Source of the DNA: Pirellulales bacterium
GTDB taxonomy: Bacteria > Planctomycetota > Planctomycetia > Pirellulales > JAICIG01
Length of the DNA stretch: 64,000 nt
Assembly: GCA_040901675.1 (NCBI GenBank)
Contig: JBBDYJ010000030.1
Coordinates: forward strand, 1 to 64,000
Direction: 5' to 3'
Shown: in pieces, positions 8,077 to 18,447 of the stretch
Numbering within the stretch: position 1 is the first letter of the stretch
How the letters are laid out: every line of letters starts with the position of its first letter
Program-made: the position numbers and the translations under genes
The notes under the pieces: generated by a model
What the model was told of the DNA's origin: nothing
The model's input: the letters and a program-made list of their open reading frames with translations, nothing else
Database searches by the model: none

Positions 8077-10244
8077 CGGGCACCTTTCGGGGCAAGCTCG
8101 CCGGGTTTTTCGACCGCGGTGTCGAGCGAAACGTCGCCCAGATCGCGGTTCTCTCCAGATCGAAAGGAGAACCGCTCGATGAACACGGGCTCGACCTTGC
8201 CATCGTTCTCGGGCGGCCCATCGTTCTCGGGCGGCAGAGCCGCGAACAACTCGCAATCACATCCGGGGATCAGATCGGTCATGCGGAAGCGGCCGTCGGC
8301 ATCGGTGCGTGTCTCGTGCAGCTCCACGGGTCGTGTTCCCTTGGGTTTCTTGTTCTCCTTCATCGATCGAAGCCAATCGCGTGTGGTGCCGGCCAACATC
8401 ACGGCAACCGGGGCTTGCGGAAGCGGCCGGCTGCGGGAGTCGACAATCCTGCCGGTGAGAGTCGCGTAGGGGCGCAGCGTGACCGAAAGCGGCTCCTTTT
8501 CCGTTCCGCTCACGACAATCATCGCACCCAACCGCTGGGCGGGCTGGCGGAAGAGGACCGTGCGCTCTTGTCCGTGCGCGAGGCCGCTCACGGCGAACGT
8601 GTCGGAGAATAGTCGCGTTGGGCCCCCACGCGGTCTGAGACCATCGGCCTCGACCTCGGTGACCGCTCGCCCTTGCGGGTCCCGCAACCGGCCGACGATC
8701 TCCTTGCCGGTCGTAAACACGAGGTCGATCGACGCCGGCTCGGCGCCCGGGGCCGGATCGATCGGCTTGACCACGTGAAACTCGCTCGGCCGCACCAGGC
8801 CGCGATTGGCCGTACTGAACCAGCCGCGCTGGTCGGGAGGGCGGCCGAAGTCCTCGGGTCGAGCAACCTGGTAACGTTCGTCGCTGGCGCGAGCGCCCAG
8901 AAGTCCCGGCCCGGGCAGGACGGCAAGCTGATAGTGGCCGTCGCCGTCGGTGAACGCGGAGATACTCGGAGGGAGTTCGCCGCCGAATTGGGCCGCGTTC
9001 GGATTGCCCTCGAAGACAAAGTATTCGACTCGGCCCTGAACGGGTTGCTGCGTAGTGCCGTCGATCAGGCGGCCCCGCACCACGAGCCCCCGCACCAATT
9101 CAAAATCGGTTTCCGTGGGAGGCGAGGCGGCGGTCATTTTGATCGGCCCGCGGGCCGACCCGAGGTAGGGCGCTCCGGAAGCGGGCGAAACCACTAATTG
9201 CAGTTCACCTTCGGCGGGCAGGCCGTTGAGTTCGAATTGGCCGTTGGCCGCGCTCGCGGCATACGCATGGCTTTGCCGTCCGCGGATGCTGCCGGACACG
9301 TGGAAACCGGCCAGCGGTTCGCCGGTGTCGTGCGCGACCAGCGTGCCCCGGATCGGCCGGCTCGGCCCGGCAAAGTGGTTGAAGGTGGCTGGATACACGA
9401 TCGGCAGGCTGGCGCCGCCTTCGAGATAAAGTCGGGTTGCGCGGCCGAGCTTGCTGCGTTTCCACTTGGCCTCAATTTGCGGGCGCGTAATTACTGTGAA
9501 CGACTCGCTCACGATACTTGGACCTTCCAGGCGGAGGTCAACAGTCCGCTCGCGGCCGATACCGCGCAATTCGAAGCGACCTTCGCCGTCGGTCGTCAGC
9601 AGCGGTGCTTCGCTCCGCTCGCCGGTCGCTTGGGGGACGGCGGCAATGTTGAGCGCCTCCGGAGGCAGATACCGCATCTGGTCGCGCTGATGGATCCAGG
9701 CGTTGGTGGGATCGTCGCGAACGACTTTCAAATAGGGGTCCAAGTTTTGGCGATCGCTGCCGTAAATCGTCGTGAGGCGCAATTGCGCGCCGGCCACCGG
9801 GCTCCCGTTCAAATCGAGGATGCGGCCTCGGATCGCAACGTCGTCTTCGACCAACTCGAGCACCACTTGGGCGTCGGACCGAAGTTCACCGAGCCGGATC
9901 CAGGCCGGCCCGAGGCCAGGCGCGCGGGCCACCAGGCAAGCGTGCTTCCAGTCCCTCCAGTCGCCGCGCCGCGGAATCGATGACTTCTTGACCGCGATTT
10001 CGAAAGTCCCTTCAGCATCGGGCCGTGCGGCGGCGATGCACTGACCGAATACCATCAGGACTTCCGCCTCGGCCGGCGGCGCGCCACCGGGCGAAACCAC
10101 CCGGCCGCTGATCTCGATCAGGTCCGTTTCGGGTTGTGGCTCTCCGTCGCCGCCCGATGCGGCCAACATGCAAGCCAGCAGGGCTGCGGCTGCCAGGCAC
10201 GCCAGGCTCAAGCCCAACCGAGTGAGAGTCTGGATAGGCGACAT
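8073..10244 (-). CDS. Secreted protein with repeated carboxypeptidase-regulatory-like (transthyretin-like) domains
   Basis: Signal peptide; repeated GR.VD..G.P..GA and TD.DG.F motifs. Confidence 0.75.
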   Translation of the reverse strand: MSPIQTLTRLGLSLACLAAAALLACMLAASGGDGEPQPETDLIEISGRVVSPGGAPPAEAEVLMVFGQCIAAARPDAEGTFEIAVKKSSIPRRGDWRDWKHACLVARAPGLGPAWIRLGELRSDAQVVLELVEDDVAIRGRILDLNGSPVAGAQLRLTTIYGSDRQNLDPYLKVVRDDPTNAWIHQRDQMRYLPPEALNIAAVPQATGERSEAPLLTTDGEGRFELRGIGRERTVDLRLEGPSIVSESFTVITRPQIEAKWKRSKLGRATRLYLEGGASLPIVYPATFNHFAGPSRPIRGTLVAHDTGEPLAGFHVSGSIRGRQSHAYAASAANGQFELNGLPAEGELQLVVSPASGAPYLGSARGPIKMTAASPPTETDFELVRGLVVRGRLIDGTTQQPVQGRVEYFVFEGNPNAAQFGGELPPSISAFTDGDGHYQLAVLPGPGLLGARASDERYQVARPEDFGRPPDQRGWFSTANRGLVRPSEFHVVKPIDPAPGAEPASIDLVFTTGKEIVGRLRDPQGRAVTEVEADGLRPRGGPTRLFSDTFAVSGLAHGQERTVLFRQPAQRLGAMIVVSGTEKEPLSVTLRPYATLTGRIVDSRSRPLPQAPVAVMLAGTTRDWLRSMKENKKPKGTRPVELHETRTDADGRFRMTDLIPGCDCELFAALPPENDGPPENDGKVEPVFIERFSFRSGENRDLGDVSLDTAVEKPGELAPKGAR

Positions 10245-10455
10245 CGAAGGAAACTCCTCTGCAAGCGAAGAAAAGCTAGATAGGGGCCGCAAAACGTTGC
10301 TACTGAAAGAATCACCACTGGTCCGCCTTTGGGGCGCCTGGTTGGAAAAAGAGCCGCAAAACCGGCCTCCCCGATCCGTTCTTGCAAAATGGCGGTGCCG
10401 GCGCGCCCCGGTTGCCGCTGGACGGTGATTAACATATTGTCGCATTAGGCGATCC

Positions 10456-11106
10456 ATGGGCACAGAATCCCGCGGCACGCAGAGCAGGCAGATGTTGATG
10501 ACTGACGACCCAGTCGCCCCCCGGACGCTGTTGGAGCTGGCCAGGACCGGCGACCGGGATGCCGTGGGCCGGCTGCTCGAACTCTACCGCCACTACCTGG
10601 GCACGATCGCGGCCCGGCGGCTGGACAGCCGGCTGAACCAGCGGTTCGACGCCTCGGACCTGGTGCAGCAGACTTTTCTTGAGGCGCATCAGAACTTCGG
10701 GCGGTTTGCAGGCTCCGAAGAGCCGGAGCTGTTGGCCTGGCTGCGGCGGATCCTGCGATGCAACGTGGCTAATGCGATCCGGGACCATTTTATCGCTCAG
10801 AAGCGGGCCCTCGGACTGGAGCAGTCGCTCGACGCCGCGGGCAGTCGCTCCGCGCTCGGCCACGTCGCGGTGGACGCTTCGACTCCGAGCGTCCATGCCA
10901 TGCGGATCGAACAGACGCTCGGCTTTCTGCAAGCGATCGAGGAGCTTCCAGACGACCAGGGCGAAGCAGTGCGGCTGCGATACCTGGAAGGCTTGTCGGT
11001 TGCCGAGATCGCCGAAGAGCTGGGCCGCTCGCGCTCGGCGGCGGCGGGGCTGGTCAAGCGGGGGATGCAGGCGCTGAGGCGGCGGCTGGTGGATAGGGAG
11101 GTGTAG
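10456..11106 (+). CDS. ECF sigma-70 factor, planctomycete type
   Basis: DASDLVQQTFLEAH, WLRRIL, STPS, and region 4 LRYLEGLSVAEIA. Confidence 0.9.
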   Translation: MGTESRGTQSRQMLMTDDPVAPRTLLELARTGDRDAVGRLLELYRHYLGTIAARRLDSRLNQRFDASDLVQQTFLEAHQNFGRFAGSEEPELLAWLRRILRCNVANAIRDHFIAQKRALGLEQSLDAAGSRSALGHVAVDASTPSVHAMRIEQTLGFLQAIEELPDDQGEAVRLRYLEGLSVAEIAEELGRSRSAAAGLVKRGMQALRRRLVDREV

Positions 11107-11109
11107 TGC

Positions 11110-14100
11110 ATGCCTGGTCGATCCGGCGTCTCCACGATCGACTCGGAAGAGTTCGACGCGTTCTTGGCCGACTTCTTCGACTGGGTCGATCGCAACCGCT
11201 CTCGCGACGTGGAGCGGTTCCTGGCCGAGCGCGAGAAGCTCGCCGGTCCGGACAAATTGGTCCTGGCGCTGCGCAACTATTTGGACCAGACGCACGGCAT
11301 TGAAGAACTGGCCGCCCTGACCACGGCCGGATGGCTCGAAGCGCGGCGCGCCGACGGGGTGATCGTCGAAGGCAGTTTCGCCGGCGAAGGCGAAGAGCGT
11401 TTGCCGCTGCCCGCCGAATTCGGCGACTACGAGCTATTGGAGGAGCTTGGCCGGGGCGGCATGGGCCTGGTCTACAAGGCACGCCAGACCAGGCTGAACC
11501 GGATCGTGTGCGTCAAGATGATTCTCGAGGGTCGCCTGGCCGATGATAAGCACGTACAGCGATTCTTGTCCGAAGCCAAGGCGATGGCTCGGCTGCAGCA
11601 TCCCAACCTGGTGGCCATTTATGACGTCGGCCGACACCAGGACCAGTATTACTTCTCGATGGAATACGTTGCCGGCCGGTCGCTGGCGGAGCGGATCCGC
11701 GAAGGCCCCTTGAGCGCCCACGAGGCGGCCCGCTGCGTGCAGGCTGTCGCCTGGGCCATTGATTACGTTCACGCGAACCACGTGCTGCACCGCGACTTGA
11801 AGCCGTCGAACATCCTTCTCGACGAGCAAGGCCAGCCTCGCGTGACCGACTTCGGCTTAGCGCGGCAGCTCGACGAAGGATCGATAACGGCCAGCGGTGT
11901 GCTGTTGGGGACTCCCAGCTACATGGCGCCCGAGCAAACGCAGGCAGGTACGGCGCGTCTCGACGTCCGCTGCGATGTGTACGGACTGGGTGCGATTCTT
12001 TACGAGCTGCTGGCAGGCCGGCCGCCGTTTTTAGAAGAAACGCCTCTGGACACACTGCTCGCCGTGCGGACCGCCGAGCCGGTCGCGCCGTCGCTCTTGA
12101 ACGCTCGCCTGCCCCGCGACCTCGAGACCATCTCGCTGAAATGCCTGGAAAAGGATCCCGGCAGGCGGTACGCGACGGCCCGGGCCGTCGCGGAGGACTT
12201 GGGACGCTATTTGCAGGGCGAGCCGATCCAGGCGCGGCCCATCTCCACGGCCCGGCGCGCAGTCCGCTGGTGCCGTCGCAACCCGCTCTGGTTCGCCCTG
12301 GCGGCGACGGTTTTTTTGGCCCTGTTCAGCGTCGCGGGAGTCGCCACGACGGCCTGGTTAACAACCGCGGCGGCCCTGGCGGAAGTCGAAGAGAGCCGCG
12401 ACAAACAATTCAGGATAGCGCGCGAGCTGCGGCGAGAACGGAATTCCACTGAGAGCCACTTGCATCTATCGCGTACCCACCGCGTCTGGCAGGCGATCGA
12501 AAACGGCAGCCTGGCGGAGGCCGAGCAACTGCTCGAGCTGCAGGTTCCACCAGCGGGCAAGTCCGACCGCCGGGGGTGGGAGTGGGGATACCTGAATTCA
12601 TTGCTGCGGCAGTTCGAGCTATCCCTCGCCGGACACTCGGCAACCGTTCACGGCGTTGCTTGGAGTCCTGACGGCAGGCGGCTGGCTTCGATTGGCGCCG
12701 ACCGCACGCTGCGTGTCTGGGATGCCGCGGCAAGGCGTGAGCTGTGGGCCACGGATCATCCCGACGCGCCGCTGGCGGTGGCCTTCAGTCCCTTCGACGA
12801 TCGCCTGGCCACGTCTTCCGTGGGCGGCACGATCCGCATCTTCCACGCCGCCACGGGCGCGCTGGTCGATGAACTGCGCGACGGCGGCACGGTGTCGCGA
12901 GCCGTGGCATGGTCGCAAAACGCGGCGCGGATTGCCGTCGCCGAGCACGACGCCGTGATCGTCTGGGATGTCGCCGCCCGTGCCGTCACACGCCGCCTCC
13001 AGGGTCACAGCGAGCGCGTGAATCATGTCAATTGGAGCCCCGACGGCAACTGGATCGCCTCGGCCGGCGACGACGGCACCGTGCGCATTTGGAACGCCGA
13101 CGGCGATGGCGAGCAAGTTCTCCAGGGCCCAGGCGGTTGGGTGAACGCAACCGCCTGGTCGGCGGACGGCGGCCGACTGGCGGCCGTCACGCAGAATGGC
13201 GAACTGCGCGTATGGGACCTGGTCAACCGGATCGGCGGCGGAGGGCTTTCGGCCGCCGAGGCGTTTACCCGCCTGGCCGGTCAGAGCGAGGTGCTGGCCG
13301 GCGTGGACTGGAGTCCCGACGGCCGGCACCTGGTTACCGGCGGGTCGTCGAAGATGCTGACGATCTGGGATGCGGACGGCAACCCGCTGGCCCAACTTCG
13401 CGGCCACCACCAGGCGGTAAGCGGCCTGGCATGGCGGCCCGACGGAGGCCGGATTGCTTCGGCCAGCGCGGACGGCACGATCAAAATCTGGAAAGCCGGC
13501 AGGCAGCCGCCTGGTGCTCCATTGGCGCGGGGAGCAAGCCCGGTGCGACATGCAGCCTGGAGCCCGGACGGCCGCTGGATCGCTTGGCGCGATCGACGGC
13601 ATCACAACCGTCTGGGATGCTCGAGCGAACCGGCCGCGACTATCGATCGAAGAAACAGCGACGGGGGCCACCGGCGTGGCATGGCATCCCAAAGGCACGC
13701 AGCTCGCCCTGGCCCGGGACGAAGCGGTCGTGGCGTTCACCGTGCCCCAGGGCCAGGAAGTATTACGGCTGGATGGGCACTCAGGACCGGTCTGGACAAT
13801 CGCCTGGGACCCGGCCGCGAGAGTGCTGGCCAGTGGCGGCGGCGATGGCGCCGTCCGGATTTGGGACGCCCGGTCCGGCCATCAACTGCGGACGCTGGAC
13901 GGACATGCGCGCGGCGTGCGCTGCCTGGCCTGGAGCCGAAATGGAACCTGGTTGGCGACGGCCGATGGCGAGGCCGCACTGCGAATCTGGGACGCGGAGA
14001 CGGGGAGATTGCAGCGCAGAATCCAAGCTGCGACTACAGCGCTCAATTCGCTGGCCTTCAGCCCCCGTGGCCAGTGGCTGGCGGCGGCGACGCACGAAGG

Positions 14101-14413
14101 GCTGGTCCTTTGCTGGAAAACCTCGACGGGCGAACCATTGCCGCCGCTGCGCGGGCATCAAGGGGCGGTTTGGTCCGTGACTTGGGGTAAAGACGGCAGC
14201 CGGCTCTTCAGCGGTGGCCAGGATGGCTCGATCCGCATTTGGGATCCGGTCATCGGCCAGGAGGTTCTGCAACTGGCGGCGCACGACGGGCCGGTGTGGT
14301 CCCTGGCACTCTCCCCGGATGGGGGCCGGCTGGTTTCAGCCAGCGTCGACCAGACCGTCCGGCTCTGGCGGAGCGGGCCAAGGGGCGCGAGCCGCGCACG
14401 CACAGCCAGATAG
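11110..14413 (+). pseudogene. Ser/Thr protein kinase with WD40 repeats, frameshifted near 13585
   Basis: LGRGGMG, HRDLKPSN, DFGLA, GTPSYMAPE; WD40 repeats continue in another frame (GAIDGITTVWD...LWRSG) to the stop at 14413. Confidence 0.8.
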
Positions 14414-14420
14414 CCGGCGG

Positions 14421-14702
14421 TTGCCTTTGCTTTTCTGTTCGGCGGTCGCTACGCTCTTGGGCTGGCTGGTCATGCTCCGGACGGCAGTCGAGTCCCTACT
14501 GGCGCCGCCCGGGCCGACTGCACGGTCCAGTGGGGGGTCCATACTCGCCGCCTGTATGACATCGCTTCAGCGTCTGCTGGTTGCCCTGACGGTCTACGTG
14601 GTTCCAATACTTTTCTTGTGTTTCCTGGATTGGCTCGGAGGACGGCTGGTCGGCGGTTGGAAAATGCCGGGCGAGCCCCCGCCCGAAGGCCGCACCAGGT
14701 AG
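14421..14702 (+). CDS. Possible small membrane protein or gene fragment
   Basis: Two hydrophobic stretches; weak TTG start. Confidence 0.3.
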   Translation: MPLLFCSAVATLLGWLVMLRTAVESLLAPPGPTARSSGGSILAACMTSLQRLLVALTVYVVPILFLCFLDWLGGRLVGGWKMPGEPPPEGRTR

Positions 14703-14723
14703 CCCGTTGGCTGCGAGGTCGCC

Positions 14724-15233
14724 GCGCATTATCCCGACCTATCGCCGTGCCACGAGTATTTTTTGGTTGAAGGCCGGTTGAGGGCGGTAGGATGGTTGGA
14801 GCCTGGCCAGCCTTACGCCCGCGGCGCAGCGGATCCTCCGTTCGTCCAACGTTTGGTTGAATTGCTTGCCAATCCTTGGCAGCCCTCGATCGCTGTCGGG
14901 ACCCACCGTTGCGGCTTCTGCCGGCTGACGGGCGGTCCCGCCCTGTTTCGACTTGCAGGAAAATCGGCTGGCGCGGGAATTGTGATGGGAACATCGAATC
15001 TTTTCGTGCCGGCGGAAGGGTTTTTGTACGTAGCTCCGTCGCTCATCCTGCATTACATGGACGCTCATGATTATTCACCGCCCGTTGATTTTCAGCGGGC
15101 GGTCATGGCTTGCCCTGCTATGCGCTCGATGGAGTATCTGAAAGCCGTCATCGAAAACCGGCCGCAGGGATTTGCCGTTGCCGCGGGCGCGGGCGAGCAC
15201 CCGCCCGAAGGCCGGCCCTCGAAGCCCGAATAA
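14724..15233 (+). CDS. Conserved hypothetical protein; native start codon appears lost
   Basis: Open frame reads HYPDLSP...AVGWLE...H.C.FC...YVAP.LILHY..AH.Y.PP; first canonical start is a TTG at 14763. Confidence 0.65.
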   Translation, partial: AHYPDLSPCHEYFLVEGRLRAVGWLEPGQPYARGAADPPFVQRLVELLANPWQPSIAVGTHRCGFCRLTGGPALFRLAGKSAGAGIVMGTSNLFVPAEGFLYVAPSLILHYMDAHDYSPPVDFQRAVMACPAMRSMEYLKAVIENRPQGFAVAAGAGEHPPEGRPSKPE

Positions 15234-15310
15234 GTGCTCCGCGGCGGTTGTATACTAGCAACGGCCGGCATTGATGCCGGCCCGGCCCGCAAGACCAGCG
15301 GAAACCCGCC

Positions 15311-16666
15311 ATGCGAAGCGCCGACTCCAAAGGTTGCCGCGGACGCCGGCTGAGATTCAGCTTGCGAGGCCTTCTGCTTCTTCTGACCGTGTTCTGCATC
15401 TGGCTGGGTATGCAGGTGGAACGGGCCAGAAAGCAAGCTCGCGCGATCGAGCAGATCGAGGCGTTCGGGGGAGGGGTTCTTTTCAATTATGATTCTTACA
15501 ATCCTCACGGGCAACCGGGAGTGTCGCCCGGGCAGCCTTCAGCGCCGGCTTGGCTGCGGCGGGCGGTCGGCGAGGAGTACTTTCGCCGCGTTGAATCGGT
15601 CTGGCTGGCAGCCCATCGTGGGCAGCCCCTTCGTGCCCGACGCCTGTTAACGGACCACGACCTGGCGGTCTTCAACGACCTTCCCCACGTCCGCGTTCTC
15701 GACCTCCGGAACACCCCCGGCATCAGCGATGATGGGTTGGCGCATCTCGCCGGTCTCAGCAAACTGGAATCGCTCTCATTGGATCGAACCGCTGTCGCGG
15801 GTCATGGACTGCGGCATCTGCGGCGACTGCCAAATCTTCAGCATCTCGGCCTGGCTGCCACACCGTTGACCGACGCCGGCTTGGCCGAACTTCGATGCCA
15901 TAAGCGTCTCCAATCGCTCGATCTGACGGCGACCAGGATTACCGACAAGGGATTGTCGATACTGCCCCGGCTTATTTCGCTGCAAAGGCTTCAATTGGCT
16001 CAGACCGGCATAACGGATGCCGGCCTGGAACACCTCTGGCGGCTGACGGGCCTCAAGCAACTCTCGATTCGAGCCACGAATGGAACCGCTCACGGCGTTG
16101 CGGCCCTTCGATACGCTCTTCCCGGCTGCTCCATTGATGCCTCTTACTACACCTTGTATGCCGAGGCGCGCGACGCCGTCCCCTGGCCTGACGATTACCG
16201 GCCCACGCACCAGCAACTCGCCGCCAAGGTCCTGGAGCTGGAGGCGGGGATGTCGCTCGACAACGACCGGCCTCAGCAGCCTGTCGTGGCATTCCGGCTT
16301 TCCTACAGCGATGTGTCGGACGAAAGCTTGCTGCGGCTGCTCTTGGAAATGCCGCGCCTCAAGGAGTTGAACCTGCGGACGGTCCTGGTCGGCGATCGCC
16401 TTGCGGGAGGGCTACGCCAGTTGGCCGAGCTGTCGTCGCTGGCGCTCGTCGACAGCCGCATTTCCGATACAGGTCTGCGGCATCTGGCCAGGCTGGCAAA
16501 CCTGCGCGAGTTGTCGTTGCGCGATTCACGGGTCACCGACGCCGGGCTGCTGCACCTGGCCGCGCTGCGGAAACTGGAAGCGCTGGACGTTCGTGAAACG
16601 CACGTGACCGATCATGGACTTTTCAGCCTGCAGCAAGCCCTGCCGGCCTGCCGGATCGTGTACTAG
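15311..16666 (+). CDS. Leucine-rich repeat protein with N-terminal membrane anchor
   Basis: RFSLRGLL anchor; repeated L.L..T.ITD.GL..L. Confidence 0.85.
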   Translation: MRSADSKGCRGRRLRFSLRGLLLLLTVFCIWLGMQVERARKQARAIEQIEAFGGGVLFNYDSYNPHGQPGVSPGQPSAPAWLRRAVGEEYFRRVESVWLAAHRGQPLRARRLLTDHDLAVFNDLPHVRVLDLRNTPGISDDGLAHLAGLSKLESLSLDRTAVAGHGLRHLRRLPNLQHLGLAATPLTDAGLAELRCHKRLQSLDLTATRITDKGLSILPRLISLQRLQLAQTGITDAGLEHLWRLTGLKQLSIRATNGTAHGVAALRYALPGCSIDASYYTLYAEARDAVPWPDDYRPTHQQLAAKVLELEAGMSLDNDRPQQPVVAFRLSYSDVSDESLLRLLLEMPRLKELNLRTVLVGDRLAGGLRQLAELSSLALVDSRISDTGLRHLARLANLRELSLRDSRVTDAGLLHLAALRKLEALDVRETHVTDHGLFSLQQALPACRIVY

Positions 16667-17181
16667 GACCATCCGACGGCCGAGGCCAGAATGGCAAGCG
16701 CAACGAATAAAAAGGGGCCGAAGACAAACGCCAGCAGGATGGCGTAGCCCGCCCTGTTGCCGTGGGCGGCCAGCATACTGCCGGTGAACAGAGTCACAAT
16801 CAGTGCCAGAATGACCAGGAACGCGATGGCGACGGGCAGCGTGACGACCACGGCGGCCGACATGAACACGCCGGTGGCGGTCGTCACCAACAGCATCGTC
16901 CGCAAACTGAACTGAAGGTACGGCCGGGTTGCCTGGAGGCGGCCGCCCGCGCCCTGTCCGCGCAAGAATTGGATCAGTGCGTCTCGCTCGGGCGGCCCCT
17001 GCCGCAGCCGGCGCCATGTGGCCCAGGCATCCAGCCGCAGCAGCAGCAGGTGCACGGCCAATGCGACCATCACCAGGCCGCACGGCGGAAACAGGATGAA
17101 CAGCCAGCAGGCGCAAGCCACCCAAGCCGCGGCCAACAACATTCCGCGGACGGTGAACTGCGATGGGGGAGCTTGTGTCAT
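16663..17181 (-). CDS. Hypothetical membrane protein
   Basis: Two QFT/QFSLR.ML motifs, each followed by transmembrane segments. Confidence 0.65.
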   Translation of the reverse strand: MTQAPPSQFTVRGMLLAAAWVACACWLFILFPPCGLVMVALAVHLLLLRLDAWATWRRLRQGPPERDALIQFLRGQGAGGRLQATRPYLQFSLRTMLLVTTATGVFMSAAVVVTLPVAIAFLVILALIVTLFTGSMLAAHGNRAGYAILLAFVFGPFLFVALAILASAVGWS

Positions 17182-17330
17182 ATGCACTCGCGTGGATGCG
17201 GGCCGTAAGCGATAATGTCGCCCAGGCAGCCGACGTGGTCGATTCGCTGCTCGCGAATATCCGCCAGCACCGCCTCGAGCGCCGCGAGGTTGCCGTGGAT
17301 GTCGCTGATGATGGCTCGCTTCACGCCCAT
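17178..17330 (-). pseudogene. N-terminal fragment of a calcineurin-like metallophosphoesterase (50 aa; not in ORF track)
   Basis: Hand translation [50 protein letters not shown]: DxH and GD motifs present, GNH motif absent. Confidence 0.85.
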
Positions 17331-17349
17331 GGGTTGAACCGGCGCTAGG

Positions 17350-17628
17350 CTAAGGAAGCATCAGGGCCAGCATCAGGGCGAATAACCCCAGGAGGATTAA
17401 CAGCCCCAAGAAAAGTACAAGCCCCGCCAGTGCGCCAAGCTCGATGCGGTGGAACAGCCCGCCCACCACCGCTCCGGCGGTCACGAACAAGAGCGTTCCC
17501 AGGATCGGGGCCAGCACGATTCCCAACTCGCTGTCGCCCGTGCGCCCCGCCCAGGTGAGCAGTGCCAGGAATGTACAGATCAAGGCCACCTCCACGAGAA
17601 GATGGCGCAGGTCGAATCGAAACTTCAC
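17350..17628 (-). CDS. Small membrane protein
   Basis: FRFDLRHLL motif plus three hydrophobic segments. Confidence 0.55.
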   Translation of the reverse strand: MKFRFDLRHLLVEVALICTFLALLTWAGRTGDSELGIVLAPILGTLLFVTAGAVVGGLFHRIELGALAGLVLFLGLLILLGLFALMLALMLP

Positions 17629-17689
17629 CGCTCGAACCTTCCTGTCATGGACAAATCAAAGACGAGTTGCCAAAAGAAAACAGAAAAGA

Positions 17690-17815
17690 GATTGCCACAA
17701 AAAACACGAAAAGCCACGAAGAGAAGAAGGTAAAAGAATCGCCGGCGCAAGCACTATCCCCGTCCTGCCCTCCCTTGTCCCATTTTTGTGCCTTTTTGTG
17801 TTTTTTGTGGCAATC
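17690..17815. repeat. MITE/REP-like element with imperfect inverted ends of about 30 bp
   Basis: GATTGCCACAAAAAACACGAAAAGCCAC ... GTGCCTTTTTGTGTTTTTTGTGGCAATC. Confidence 0.8.
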
Positions 17816-17830
17816 CTCCTCCTGGTTGCT

Positions 17831-18340
17831 CTAGACCATCTTGCCCTTCCGCCTCCTGGCGTCAAACACGCTCGCCAGCCCACCGCCGATGCAGCCCAGC
17901 AGGATCGCCCAGAGCGAGTGGCCGATCTGCTGGAAATTTGAATTCGGGACAACGCCGAGCGGCCGAAAAGTTCTGCGGAGCTGATCCTGCATCATGACGA
18001 CTCGCATGTCGGGCGAGTCGGCGACCGGTTGCTTCGGGTCCTTCAGCATCGGCTCGAGCTGGTTGAGGGCCGCGGTGGTCAGAAGGTCGCCCTTCATGTT
18101 CTCCAGCCAGGGCTGCTGGCTCAACAGCAGGTATCCCCAGCCGCAGATGGCAAACCCCCCTGCAAAGGCCCTCGACTTGTCCGGCAGATAAAAGGCGCCC
18201 ACGCCGGCGGCCAGCAGGGCGGCAAGCGTGGCAGTCACGACGATTCTTGCCCAAACGGGCGTGGCGTACACCAGCGCGGCACAGCCAAGGGCCACCAACC
18301 CAACGGCAACCAGCAGGCTGAGAAGAGAGAAGCGGAACAT
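17831..18340 (-). CDS. Hypothetical membrane protein
   Basis: MFRFSLL..; RAF..GFAICGWGY; FQQIGHSL; GGAG ribosome-binding site. Confidence 0.7.
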   Translation of the reverse strand: MFRFSLLSLLVAVGLVALGCAALVYATPVWARIVVTATLAALLAAGVGAFYLPDKSRAFAGGFAICGWGYLLLSQQPWLENMKGDLLTTAALNQLEPMLKDPKQPVADSPDMRVVMMQDQLRRTFRPLGVVPNSNFQQIGHSLWAILLGCIGGGLASVFDARRRKGKMV

Positions 18341-18447
18341 GGCGGCACTCCCTAGAAAACGGGGCCGGGACAGGACTTCCCGATTATCGGAGGGCCCGAA
18401 AGGGGCGGTCAAGCCGCACGCTCTCACGCTGCCGCCCCGGCGAACCG

